Origin: Phoronis australis
Taxonomy: Eukaryota; Animalia; Phoronida
Length of the DNA: 64,000 bases
Reading direction: 5' to 3'
Assembly (NCBI GenBank): GCA_002633005.1
Contig: NMRA01000671.1
Coordinates: 1-64,000 of the forward strand
Part shown: positions 53,101 to 62,491 of the stretch, piece after piece
Layout: each line of letters opens with the position of its first letter
Position numbering within the stretch: position 1 is the first letter of the stretch
Notes under the pieces: model-generated
Databases searched by the model: none
Told to the model about the DNA's origin: nothing
What the model saw: only the letters and a program-made list of their open reading frames with translations
Position numbers and translations under genes: made by a program

Positions 53101-56100
53101 GGTTTTACATGCACGCATCCAGCCTAAAATATACGTGGAGGGTGGGGCTCAAATTTTTGAGAAGGTGTACCTTTTACTAAAAAAACGGGGTACTAAGAAA
53201 ACTGGAAAACTGGGTTCTTTCAGAGCTATGAGAGTGCATTTTCCCGAATTGCTGCCTTTTTAGAGAAATTTTGTCTAGTTTTCTGGGACTTTTTTGTTCT
53301 CTGACGCGGACATTTGTGCCCACTTTGCCAAATGGGAGGGCTTGTTTGAGCCCCCTAGTCCCTCTGAATGCGCATATGTTTAGGTGAGGTCATAGCGTAG
53401 GTCCTTGAGTTACTTAGCTAGGTAGGGCTGGTAAAACACATGAGTTACTTGCCTGTCAGCAAGTTGCCCTTTTAGATTTTCTCTGGCCTTTCATTCTTTC
53501 AAACATGATAATTTCAATCCTATTATCTGTGCAATTTCTTGGCCATTTTCTCAAGGCCATTGTTGCAAAATGGTTGGGAAGAATAACGATAATTTGCTTA
53601 TTTCTAATAAAAATGCTTGGGTGTGCGAGTGGGTGTGCATGCCTGCAAGATTTGTAAGTATCACATCAAAAGTTGTAATTCGTTGCCAAATTGAGCGTTT
53701 ACACAGTTGGTAACGTTTGAAATTAAGTTCAATTGACCTCCAAGGATACTTAACCCTGTTTCAGTGATTTTTGTTTCATCTGCACTAAATAACATCTACA
53801 AGCCCTCCAAGAAAAAAATCATTACACCGTTAAAACTCTCTTAATGCGTCTCAAGTTGGATCATGTTCTTTGAGGTGGGCTGACTTTCAAACTGGTTTAA
53901 ATGTTCTGTAAGGCGAATACGGTAATAGACAGCATTATTTTGTGAGAAAGATTTTATGGAAACTTGTGCAAATTATACCTCGTTTGGAAGGTTTTGTCAC
54001 CTTAAATTAGCTACTTAATGTGGTGATGTATTTTTCAGAGTCAGAAAGGAAAATAGGTTGTTTGGTGGGAAATTTAATCCCGAAAACACTTTCAAGACGT
54101 TCTGGAACCAACAATATTGCACGTGCAACGCAGCAATTACCGGAGGGAAGATTGATTGTGGCCCCCTGAAGTTTGTTAATCCGTGTGAAAGTTTATTTGG
54201 TGTTGACATCACTGACCGTCACTTTAGAAAATGTCGCAGAAAAAGAGAAACTAACTTTCACGACTTTGTCGACGACGAAAATTATGAGCTTGACGTCGAT
54301 CCTAATTACAAGCCGTCGGTACGTAACACTAATTGACCTAAGCAATACACTACATTATATGCGCACGCGCAGTAACAGTGATTGACATTTTCATGGCTGT
54401 ATACGACCAATTTACGCAGACAGGAAGCGCGCTGCAAAACGAGGTTCACTACGATAGCTGAGTAAATGGCTTATCGGTCTTGCTGTGTTTCGCGTTGCTC
54501 GAACGGCGACAGATAAATACGGCATTCTATTGTTTTTTACAATCCATGAGGCAGGGCCGTAGGAAGCGGGTGGGGCACGGGGCCCCCAAAATTTTCAGGA
54601 GTAAGGGTTAAACCGTGGCAACCGACATAAGCGTGGGGCCTGGGACAGCAGAGAAAATAGAGAAAATTCAAGAGAACATTTAACAACTCTGTGTCAGTGC
54701 AAGGTTTACCTTTTGAGGACCCTGGCTAAGACATTGTCTTTAGGGTCTCCACTTTTGCAGCACAAGTCGTCTAAACGCACTTGAAAACGTGCATGAAATC
54801 AATCATACATACACTGTATATTTCGAGAAATCGACAAAATCTTTAAAGAGAGGCTTCTGTAGAGCGTACTAATTTACTGGATTTTTAAATTCAATAAGTC
54901 AATTTTGCGAATGGGAACTATTTTTTCCAGATGCCTCTCTCTGGTAAGTTATAATGGAGACAACTTTCGCTTCATTTTTTCTCAAAACTACAATTTATTT
55001 AAAAAATGATGACCCGGCAGATAACATCAATTGCTGCACATTTACTAATATATGAAAAAAATAGATACTTTCATATTTAGGGCCCAGCCCTTGAAGGAGG
55101 CCATTTATGACAATCAAGTGGCCACCCGTTTTGGGTTTTTATTGACAAATTTTTAAGGGGCCGCTCACGGAGAGAGGTCCCATTGTTGGAACCCATTACC
55201 TCTATTTTCCTATTTTTTATGAAATCGTGCAACCGGATGTCATGTTGAAGGAGGTCACTCCTTGCATCGGTTTGAGACCACACGGCGTTGGAATGCACTC
55301 TCACTCTGTTTCCAAGCTTAATGATGCTAAGCCTTTCATCTTACGGTGTCCCATTTCAACGGCGGAGCAGTTCGGAGGAAGCGTCCGTTTGTCCCTAAAT
55401 GCGCGTAAATGCGACACTGCCAAGTTTTCAGGATGGAAGGAGATATTCCAATTTCATCAAAAAAAAAAAAACAAGAAACATTCGTGCACACCACAGCCAT
55501 TGGACACAAACAACGAAAAATGTGAAAAAATACAGTTGGATTCCCACGATCGAAAGGGTGGAATTTCAAAAAAAGTGAAGACCCACTATTTGTGAATTAC
55601 ATAAAAGGACTATTTTAGATGGTTAGTTATAAATAGTTATAAAATAATATTACTGTTTTTCGTAGTATCACAAGATTAGTATCTCTTTTGAAGATGGTTA
55701 CTATGAGTTGTTGTTAAGGAATTCCCACAAACACTGCTGTCTAAGCTATTATTTGTGATGATCGTGTACATGTCGAAAGGGATACTCAATGAACTCTCGC
55801 AATCATAAACAAAGATTTCAGCGTTTTTTTGTCACTGGAGTTCAAGTTTACCTCGTGAACCGTAATAGGAACCTCTGAAGTGTGCAAAAATACACCTTAA
55901 TACGAATGCCTCATCTCCCATATTCCCCGGTTACCCGTCAAAAGTCTGCAAGCATTCATTCGGAAATTGCTTATAAAAAATTCATTATTTTCTGATTTAT
56001 ATGTACATGTACTTGTTTATGTATCTACAAAAATCGATAGATTCATAAACGATTTTTGACAATTAGAAGCTAATCTTGTAAGAATTGGTGAATTTAATTG

Positions 56101-59100
56101 CAGCCTGAAGTTCGAAAAACTCTATAATCCGACCCCCAAATACTAAAGTACAGTTACAGACGATTTTTACATATCTACAATAACTCTCAAAGACTCACAA
56201 AGCGTACATAGAAAAAACGTTTTAAAAATCCTTAAGTAAATAAAATTAAACTCATTGCTTGGAAATATTGTCTTTGCACTTTCCTGGTGTTTTTAGTTTC
56301 TAGTAGTATTGAGCAGTGAATTTTTGTTCCAAACTGAATTGATTTCTTGTCCTGATTCGCGTGCACTTCCTGACTGAGGTATCCACGTTAAGTATAAGAT
56401 GTAACCCTGCAGTTGGCACGCGCAGAGTCTCATTGATCCACAGGAACTGAATTTGAACTCCAGGCTTTGAGGAAATGTATACACTTTTGCGACGCACTAT
56501 CCTTTTACCCAGCCACCAGAAACTGGACTACCAGTCGTGTTTCAAATAGGAATTTTGAAACAGCTCCAAAGGCGCAATACTGGGGAGTTCGGAACCTCAC
56601 CTTTAAAAAAACTCCTTCAAATAATGACCATATTAAACTACATTTTTCCTGACTTTTGACCTTAAAGCGAGCGCAGACGGCCGGCCTGTCTCAAGTGAAT
56701 CACAGCTGAGCTGACCAGCAGGTAGCTTTAGTTAATCGCAATTTTTTATTTTCACAATTTTAAATATTCTAAAATACGTCTAGATTCTGAAGCTTTGTTT
56801 CGTTGACATACAACCCGTGCGCCGCGAAGAAGGAAAATATTTCCAAGAATGTTTTCGAATGTTTAGTCACATTTTGTTTCAACTCAGTTGCCAAGCATCA
56901 TAGCAACAAGTGAATCTTTGGCTAGCTGTTTTTTTCATAACTACGGGTTAAAACATGATGGGCTTCCTTCCAAAAACGACAGGGCCTCCCATCCCCCCAT
57001 TTTGGGACAGAATATGGGCCCTATTTCCGTCTCAGAAATATTTAAGAATCAAGAGACTTTAAAATTTCCCTAAAGTGATTGAAAATTTCCCATCGAAGCT
57101 CAGATCACTTGTAACCCACACAAGCTACAATTTGAAGGAGCACTAAATGCTTGTTGAGACAGAGCCTACGAGAGCTTGCTACAGGGCAAGGGTGTACATG
57201 TAACTCATGGTGATCGGGATTAGAATTTTCCACTCACTCTGCGAAAAGTTCCCCGTTTTCTCAGAAGGGACAGGCACCTTTCTCCTCGGATGAACAATTT
57301 TCTATTTTATGAATTTGTGTATAATTGTATATCAATGTCTTTGTATTTATTTAACCCAGGTACAATACCTCTTGTCACTTTCTGGGTATGTATATTTATT
57401 GTCCTAAATATTTCATAGGATACAAAACAAGGGCCCTAAAGGAATATGGCAACTATAATACTTTTTCTGCTCAGTTAATTGAAATTAAGCTCTTAAACGA
57501 GATGGAGTTTTTCAGTTTATGCTTTGGACGAACGAACTAGGTGTTTTAATTTTAAAATTCACTCTGCCCAGATTGACATTTGAAACGTGACTTATTGTAA
57601 GAATTATAAAAATCAAAAAAGCAGAATTGATGGTCAAATAAATTAATTTCAACTACCAGCCTGTAAAATTACTATTAATGAATTAATTAATAAAAAAATA
57701 ATTTTAACAACATCAAACATTCTTGCAGATCAATGACCGATCAACTGGTAGTAAAACTAGTCCCTACCTAACTACCAGGGTCGAGGGCCAGGCTAAGCTT
57801 GGCGTGAAGTTGATCAAAAAATTAAACTACATGTGACATGACAGCACAATGCGATGAGCCACCACTGTCAAATATATCTTCAACTCAAAAATACCAGCAG
57901 ATCACCTGGTTCGTGTAGAGACCATTTTTATCAACAACTCAAAAGTAAAAACATAACTCAGTATTCAGTATATACGTAATATGCAACATGATCGGTGACG
58001 TAATTTTAGGAAAAAAAACTTATGCCCTTTCGTCAGACAACTCTTTGGTGTACTGAATTGTTCTCTTATGTCCTTTTCTAGTCTCTGTGGTTAATCATTG
58101 ACATATTTTTAAGATTTTATATCCAGGCTGTACTCAAAAGACCAGTCATTAAACTCGCGCAATGTCAACTTCCCCTTGGTTTAGTTAGGCTGCGGCGGCA
58201 CTCCCAACATATTAAAATCTAGGACTAGGCCAGGCTTGGGGGCATTTTTAGTTAGGTGTTGTATGAAGGCCAAGAGAATGTGGTCTGTTTGTATTTGTAA
58301 ACATGCTGAGAATGAAAAAGATCACTTGCTCGGCTGTAGGTGCATCCTCCTTCAAAATGGTGGCCCCCTGTTGCAATTGACCTATCGCAAGCTCGGCCCC
58401 TATGCAAAAAGCCACGTGATACCCGACAAACGAACAAGATGTCAGAGGCAAATACACTGTCGGTAAACGACGTTCCTGTTGGAATCGATGAGTGTTTTTG
58501 CACTGTTTGGAAACCCTTCGACAAAGTCAACAGGCGATGCTTTTCAACAGAGACTGGTATGTTCATGATATGGGAATTTGTGAAGGTGACAATGAAAAAA
58601 TAAGTGTTCGAAGACCCAGCAAAAGTAAAAAGAACCCCTCGGGGGTCACTTTCACCTGACAAATGACAAGACCATTGATACGATATGTTGGGTATGTACC
58701 TTAAAGACGAATTATCTGTACGATTCCATAGATTTCAGGATATTACGAAAAAAATCAGTGAAGATTCACCGAAATTTTTATTCTGTCGTCTGCTAAATTT
58801 CGCCAAATGAAAAGTAAGTCACAACTGGTGGGACTCCTAGAGTAAAGTAGGGCCTAGGTCATAGATTACAGACAACACATGTACTGTAGTCTGCCTAGGT
58901 CGACTCGATAGCTTTATTTTGGGCTTTTCTAATCTTGTCACGAAATATTTTGATTAAAAACCTCAGGTTCATTGCTCAGGTACACTCTCATCTCGTCCTG
59001 GGCAAACAGTTAACTCCGGTAGGTCTAGAGCTGTGTCTAAGTCAAATTAATGCCTGGAATAGTCCGTTTGCACCACGGCATTAAGACATTTAAGTTAGGG

Positions 59101-60974
59101 CTACCTTCTGACGAACTTCACATTTTTTGTAGTTTTATTGCAAAAAGGTAGCTTTCAGTTAGTTTTGAATGAAGCATGATCATGGTATGGTTACAAACGC
59201 TTAAAAGTTTGCTGTTGTGGCAAAATAGGATATTTACAAAAATAACTCAAATTCTTTTTTAAAGCTTCATAAATCTAAATATCATGTTTGAACAACTCCA
59301 AAATGAATTTTCTCTAACTCTACAGACATTGTGTATACCAGCGGTCCAGATCAAAATGTAATTCAAGTGTTTATTTTTTCGTGACAAAAGCTCGAACAAG
59401 GCTTCGAGTTCAGTCATCCAGTGCTCCTCCCTGTGCCGATCGAATCTCTGAATTTTAGCCGGGAGAGAAGTTAATTTGAATGCCACCCTTCGGATTTATG
59501 AATAATAAAATGTACCTCTTATACAAAACAAAATGATGTTCACTAGGTCGAAATAAATGAAAAAATAAATAAAATAAAAATGTCCTTTTCCGGGGACTAC
59601 CGCTAGAGTGCTGAGATCCAGCAGGTGCCAAGACAAAGGCGACCAGACGTAGCAAACTCCGGAGTCAAAATCGGAAATAGCCCCACACCATGGCAACCAA
59701 GCGGAAAAGTGCGTATCTTGGAACTAATACATTTGTGTTTAATATAGCCATCTAGTAATCAAGCAACATTGCTAAGTTCAGCTGCTCGTCTGGTCGTTCA
59801 CACAGTTTGATGCGTAGGATACGCCTTTAAACATCGCTTTTCAGCTTAGGAAATGCCAAAAAATGACGAGATATTTTTCCGGAGCAGCATAACGGCTGTC
59901 AGGACTACACACGCCATATCAACACCGTTTCATTATTCTTAGCGCTCAATTTCTCGAGATATAAGTTTAACTCGACTACGTGTGGTTTGACTGGTAAAAT
60001 GGCGGCTTGGAAACACAGACGAAGCTGTGTCAAGAATGGTGCGTTCTGATTGGTCAATTAAGCCGTTTTTCATAATCCTGGCGATACGTCAATTGTTCAT
60101 TGCCGGGTAGCAACCGAGAAATTGGTCACGATTTCAGGTAGCCCTCAAACAATCCAGATTTTCAAAAAAGTATTAATTGATTGACAGAACATTTGGACCA
60201 CATTTTTGGAACAGGTAGGAATTTTGCCTTCGGAATCTAATGTTGGCTTTAGTCGAGCATCGATAGGAAAGGGGTGGCTTTGGGGTGAAATGTTCCGATT
60301 TTGCAGGTTTTTGCCCCTATTTTCTTATAGTTTTGCTCTGGTTCTCAGTGGGAGTGAAAGGGTCAAAATACAAGAGAGAATTAAGTTTCTCTGCTCATCT
60401 GTAAAGCGGGTAATGTAAAATGACTCAAAACTTCTCTTTCTCTGCATGCAGTTTTTGACAGAGTGATGAAAGGGTGAAGAGTTCATTGACGTGTGTTCTG
60501 ATTGAACTATTCTGTGCCTCCTTATCGCAGTGAATCTCGCTTTGGATATTTATGTTCACCGCGTGAATAAGGTGTATAGTCATCAACTCGGGGCAATCCA
60601 ATGAGTTTACTGTGGTGCTACACTGCTTGATAAAACTTTGAAATGCAAAACTATTACAAATACTACTAGTGAAAGCAAACCTTAGGTTAAAACGGTCTTG
60701 CTTACTCAGTATTATCTGTGATGTTTCAAAACGAATTATGTACTGTGTGGCTGCGAAATAACGTATGCTTTAAACTGAATTCGTATCATTTTGTAAAAAT
60801 TATGTTGAATACTTTAAGGTGATGTTCTTTCCAACTGCGAGTAACACCACATACGAGTCTGCGAAGACTTTCTGCGAAAATTATGTGTACAACTCGTCCG
60901 TAGCCAAAACGTGTGGAAAAGTTGCAAAGATAAACTTTTCGGAGAAAGTTGGTAACTGTGTTGAAGACATTAAG
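2066..60974 (+). CDS. VWDE: VWDE-like (von Willebrand factor D and EGF domain-containing) secreted protein, 13-exon 5' partial model: join(2066..2126,11303..11512,13292..13498,15168..15230,17905..18227,19897..19983,33723..34226,38545..38633,41355..41418,46817..47062,51850..52100,54039..54318,60819..60974)
   Basis: All introns are GT-AG and phases chain without stops (1,1,1,1,0,0,0,2,0,0,2,0), 2541 nt. Domain order signal peptide / D8C / Ig-like / VWD / furin site / Cys region is typical of invertebrate VWDE-like proteins. No stop codon is reached, so the EGF repeats are expected downstream. Confidence 0.88.
5731..5823 (+). mobile_element. Isolated 3' terminus of a Helentron-associated element (HINE)
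   Basis: 3' subTIR CACGCGCAGAGT, then hairpin TTATTGTCAC-GCC-GTGACAATAA, then CT(ACAGT)AGTT; same end as at ~7228-7317 and ~9735-9824. Confidence 0.75.
5825..7317 (+). mobile_element. HINE (non-autonomous Helentron, DINE-1-like) copy A with five reiterated 5' ends
   Basis: Five ~57-63-bp units containing subTIR ACTCTGCGCGTG and its partial inverse GCGCAGAGT, then (TTC/TTA)n microsatellite ~6111-6149, ~435-bp internal repeats, 3' subTIR, hairpin and CTAGTT end. Confidence 0.8.
7318..9824 (+). mobile_element. HINE copy B (starts at the microsatellite, five ~435-bp central repeats)
   Basis: Near-identical to copy A. Repeat anchors at about 7631, 8070, 8504, 8937 and 9370; ends with subTIR, hairpin and CTAGTT. 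Confidence 0.8.
9825..10742 (+). mobile_element. HINE copy C (two 5' units, 3' truncated)
   Basis: Directly abuts the end of copy B. Two 5' subTIR units, microsatellite and body; similarity stops at ~10742. Confidence 0.8.
11303..11512 (+). CDS. VWDE: VWDE-like exon 2, UMOD/GP2/OIT3-like D8C domain N-half
   Basis: ttgcag| acceptor and G|gtaagt donor. Encodes CDRSLVPGWYRFQS...PTSCVDLYHCGTKYPVWMMG (the CD..L..GWYRF...CGT..P.W motif). Confidence 0.92.
12360..13400 (+). repeat. Local tandem duplication (~650-710 bp offset) covering the intron 2 3' end and the start of exon 3
   Basis: ~12364-12745 aligns with ~13072-13400 (gttttcaaaagcaaacaatgacgttcc vs gttttcaaaggcaaacaataacgttcc, continuing through the acceptor). 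Confidence 0.8.
12638..12745 (+). pseudogene. Frameshifted pseudo-exon copy of exon 3
   Basis: cttgcag|GTGAAAATACCTTACGTAGAAGATGGTACGGTAA versus true exon cttgcag|GTGAAATACCTACCGTAGAAGATGGTACGGTAA: +1 frameshift, then decay. Confidence 0.75.
13292..13498 (+). CDS. VWDE: VWDE-like exon 3, D8C domain C-half
   Basis: GEIPTVEDGTVNKTFC...CC...IEVQNC...YVLYKLPRVSGCPVAFCAG; ag| acceptor, |gtacgt donor, phase 1-1. Confidence 0.92.
15168..15230 (+). CDS. VWDE: VWDE-like exon 4 (63 nt, GSADLCPPNTYSPTGFQPGCT)
   Basis: tttcag| acceptor, G|gtaagt donor, phase 1-1; CPxxxxSPTGFxPxC motif following the D8C domain. Confidence 0.85.
15543..16640. repeat. Two diverged direct copies of a ~500-bp unit (15543-16051 and 16162-16640)
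   Basis: Collinear similarity, e.g. aacatttatgcctggtcaaaattagaaaaatacc vs aacatttatgccaggtcaaatttagaaaaaatacc. Confidence 0.85.
17432..17540. repeat. Short MITE-like family fragment (related pieces at ~36905-37035 and ~53050-53108)
   Basis: aacgctaggacc...ctaaaaagcaagac is shared (inverted) with ~36975-37003; gagatattg...ttttaaatgagaacac...ctaggtttta is shared with ~53056-53108. Confidence 0.55.
17905..18227 (+). CDS. VWDE: VWDE-like exon 5 (Ig-like region)
   Basis: gtag| acceptor, AAT|gtacgt donor, open frame GVRATYNGSVTV...IQFHCSI...LFNVRWFING...PFN, phase 1-0. Confidence 0.85.
19897..19983 (+). CDS. VWDE: VWDE-like exon 6 (VHCEVQAHYNNTGGISDSVRSGDFWAGIK)
   Basis: ctctag| acceptor, AAG|gtaagg donor, phase 0-0; ends in the SxxFxAGIK motif typical of VWDE-like proteins. 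Confidence 0.88.
23216..27526 (-). mobile_element. Sola3-type DNA transposon, internally deleted and decayed
   Basis: TTAA target duplication (23212-23215 and 27527-27530), ~26-bp TIRs GAGCAATTCCATATAAAAACCAGATG / CATATGGTTTTTATATGGAATCATTC, and transposase remnants inside. Confidence 0.8.
24780..26720 (-). pseudogene. Sola3 transposase pseudogene
   Basis: Minus-strand blocks in order: ELQLILARAG; IIRGINQEQAK...VVMDFAMKFIPISFREAQSDWFGK/ISWH; AFLRSDNGNCYH...RYDFSESQKGKDISDR...ALESRGG; HLDV..H; WALK...RFSEKVK...GEQSGRK...QVAGFVSR. Stops and frameshifts present. Confidence 0.8.
29248..29290. repeat. Perfect hairpin, 20-bp arms and 3-nt loop
   Basis: GTTCGGAGTTAAAACTGTAC-GAG-GTACAGTTTTAACTCCGAAC. 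Confidence 0.95.
32440..32700. repeat. Short degenerate tandem repeats (…gactcac…aaacacgg…) plus a 22-bp perfect inverted repeat; probable MITE remnant
   Basis: GTTAACGGACCGCCAAACACGG (32588-32609) is inverted at 32664-32685; ~20-bp AAACACG/GACTC units occur upstream. Confidence 0.65.
33723..34226 (+). CDS. VWDE: VWDE-like exon 7 (alternative in-frame acceptor at 33807 possible)
   Basis: Strong polypyrimidine ...tcttccag| acceptor, GAG|gtaagt donor, 168 open codons including LTVKEG..VTLMATVPI...WSNYVVKDVE, phase 0-0. Confidence 0.88.
35130..35303. repeat. (CA)n microsatellite containing an assembly gap (N at 35183-35259)
   Basis: Directly visible. Confidence 0.95.
35519..35680. repeat. Minisatellite, four ~40-bp units with core TATCTGAGWTGTG
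   Basis: Core recurs at about 35532, 35576, 35610 and 35656. Confidence 0.75.
37150..37935 (-). mobile_element. Gypsy-type LTR retrotransposon gag relic
   Basis: Minus-strand fragments EMTEKGFRNHFQESRAEMAET, KGLKYFLAPEQW, TKDWPLFLLQRTHRSV and a degenerate knuckle FFGHKAGDLVRDY resemble Gypsy gag (LTEEGFRxKFR..., EQFL..PKDLALFLKER, CCHC). Confidence 0.5.
38545..38633 (+). CDS. VWDE: VWDE-like exon 8, start of VWD domain (…MCKSVNDPHMTTFDG)
   Basis: gtag| acceptor, CA|gtgagt donor, phase 0-2; canonical C..xDPHxxTFDG motif. Confidence 0.93.
38749..40642 (+). mobile_element. Non-autonomous ISL2EU-like (PIF/Harbinger-ISL2EU group) element, copy 1
   Basis: TIR TGACCTATCGC...GCGATAGGTCA with AT duplication; decayed THAP-like FxxxPKPKNDVEKRKLWIKL..HEQLNL..KHKYISSK at the left end; remnant of a convergent second ORF at the right end; carries a ~320-bp GC-rich insertion at ~39655-39976. 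Confidence 0.7.
41355..41418 (+). CDS. VWDE: VWDE-like exon 9 (VWD; HRYDSHIHGEFVLYRNKKYPFE)
   Basis: ttgcag| acceptor, GAG|gtgagt donor, phase 2-0; GEFVLYR motif. Confidence 0.92.
43600..45700 (-). mobile_element. Academ-like transposase relic (C-terminal Cys8/CXC finger region recognisable)
   Basis: Minus strand 43640-44020 gives PPNKDS...DHSWLIGGGEFKLKCMAMPAAP...*KCKKNVCAGKLYLCCNAGSNCTEMCSWDNC, matching the LPPT..GW..WM.LPxAP..CxCK..C..CxC..CT..CxC..C tail. Upstream parts are highly decayed. Confidence 0.55.
46293..46480 (-). mobile_element. Harbinger transposase fragment
   Basis: Minus strand LLGD...WL...RTRMAIE/AFGRLKG matches the HARBI1-type LLGDSAYP...SRTRxxIExAFGxLK motif. Confidence 0.5.
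46817..47062 (+). CDS. VWDE: VWDE-like exon 10 (VWD; VHALFQKC...TACNCGVAVRSATDVFVVENC...)
   Basis: acag| acceptor, CAG|gtgagt donor, phase 0-0; CNCGVAVR motif. Confidence 0.93.
51850..52100 (+). CDS. VWDE: VWDE-like exon 11 (VWD C-terminus; LHLPTGT...PSIADFNNTEGLCGSFNG...)
   Basis: gtag| acceptor, GA|gtacgt donor, phase 0-2; TxGLCGxFNG VWD motif. Confidence 0.93.
52190..52400. mobile_element. MITE with ATGCGCGCA...TGCGCGCATG termini, copy 1
   Basis: Terminal inverted repeat and collinear similarity to 53108-53378. Confidence 0.6.
53108..53378. mobile_element. MITE, copy 2 of the 52190-52400 family
   Basis: Shared ccagcctaaaa, accttttactaaa, gtgcatt..ccgaatt and ttgccaaat blocks. Confidence 0.6.
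54039..54318 (+). CDS. VWDE: VWDE-like exon 12 (post-VWD; YCTC, RRKR furin site, acidic stretch)
   Basis: tttttcag| acceptor, TCG|gtacgt donor, phase 2-0; ...QQYCTCN...RKCRRKRETNFHDFVDDENYELDVDPNYKPS. Confidence 0.9.
57850..60600 (-). mobile_element. Possible decayed LINE ORF2 fragment interrupted by ISL2EU-like copy 2
   Basis: Weak RT-like remnants on both sides of the insertion (TKANI/IPKAK; ILKEDAPTAEQVIFF; GVP-like). Confidence 0.25.
58378..60091 (-). mobile_element. Non-autonomous ISL2EU-like element, copy 2 (inverted relative to copy 1)
   Basis: TIRs TGACCTATCGC / GCGATACGTCA with AT duplication; collinear reverse complement of 38749-40642; THAP start MKRC*YGVCSPDSRY...FPKLKSDV*RRILRIKLCERPDEQLNL. 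Confidence 0.72.
60819..60974 (+). CDS. VWDE: VWDE-like exon 13 (VMFFPTASNTTYESAKTFC...CVEDIK)
   Basis: ttaag| acceptor (first AG after a long AG-free zone), AAG|gtaaag donor, phase 0-0; xPT..A..C...S..C..CVxDI motif. Confidence 0.88.
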
Positions 60975-62491
60975 GTAAAGACTATTTCATAATGACGTTC
61001 CATTTTATGATACAATTGTTCTAAACATGGCATACGTCTTTCGAAACGATTCTAAAGCAGAACCTTGTCCTGTTAAGTTGACTTAAACGAGACTTGAATA
61101 TGGCGCATTACTCGGATGACACTAGTCTGTGACGAACAAGAACATGTTCACAAACCATCAGGTACTCGAGAAAAATGTCAAATGTTAGTGAGGTTGGCCA
61201 CTACTACAATTTGAAATTGAAAAAAGCACACGTACACATTAACTCTGACTTGAATCTATACAAGAAATAAATTCCTAATACGCAAGGGATATTAGGAAAC
61301 TGATTTTACGAGAATTAAGAACTGCAATTATTTCAATTTCCGCCAAACTCTGCTGATTTTATTGGTTCAAGTTATCTTGTATCAACAAGAGACATTCACG
61401 AACGATTTAGCACCATACTTTCATTGGCAGCAGTCTTCCTCCGAATGACATATCTGTTGCTGGTTACTGGTACATGCACTATCAATACCTGATCATGGAT
61501 GTGTGAAAACTCAATGCCGATAACCCTCTTTATCTGCGTGTTCACAAGTGTTTGATATGAATATACTCCAATTTAACATGGCAATTACAGCTATGTAAAT
61601 GTGTGCACACTCCAAAAAGGCCGATCCTCATTATTTGATGCGCCAATCATTGAAATGTGGACCATGAAATAGCAACTTTGCAACATAGGACAACATATAC
61701 ATTTTGTCACCATTTGTAAAAATCTTGGGAGCTATTTGAGAGTGTCGGAACTCTAAATTATATGCCAAATCATGATTCATTCAAAAGAACATTTGTTTCA
61801 TTTTAACATCTTCGTAAATTTTATATCTTCTCTTTGGTGACTTGTTCTGATTCTATTGAGATTTGAATCATGCTCCTTCCAAAAATTAGGCTGAAAGAAG
61901 GAAACGTGAGGGATCCCTCTTCCGATCGAGAGTCGTATTGAAAATTTTAAATGCCCCCCCTTCATTGCAAAGTACCGTTAGCTCACCATTGGTTTCAGCC
62001 TCCAACCCTCCCCCCACCCCAGCTCCCTGGTCACCCAAGAATTTTACATTCGGCTCCGCCGTTGTACACTCCGGAGGTTTACTCTTAACAAAGTTACATC
62101 GTGGCAGAAGTTTATTAGTATCCCCAACAATATAACACACTCCGATTATTCCATGACATGCACAAATCGGGGCTACGATTGGATACCTAGTTGGAAAGGC
62201 TCATTATTTTAGGAACCGAATTTGAGTGTCCCTCAGTATTGACTATTGGACTATTTGGAGGGTCACTGGAATTGATAAATGTCTACTCACAGGCACCAGC
62301 CTCTAGATAGGTAAAGTGAACGTTTTATTACATGCTACTCGTGTAACACGTAACCAAAATGTAGTCCAATGCAAAAAGAACGTTTTGAGGTTAGATTAAC
62401 CACATTCTAGAATATTCTGGGTTTCACCCAATCAGGCTGCTATAGACTGTTCGGGAGCACACTTCTAAGTAAGGCTGTAACAATAGTTTCC

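Noticed and set aside
61380-62140. Possible Gypsy RT remnant on the minus strand
   Set aside because: Isolated weak matches (VKFLGD, WKEHDSNL) in an inconsistent order.
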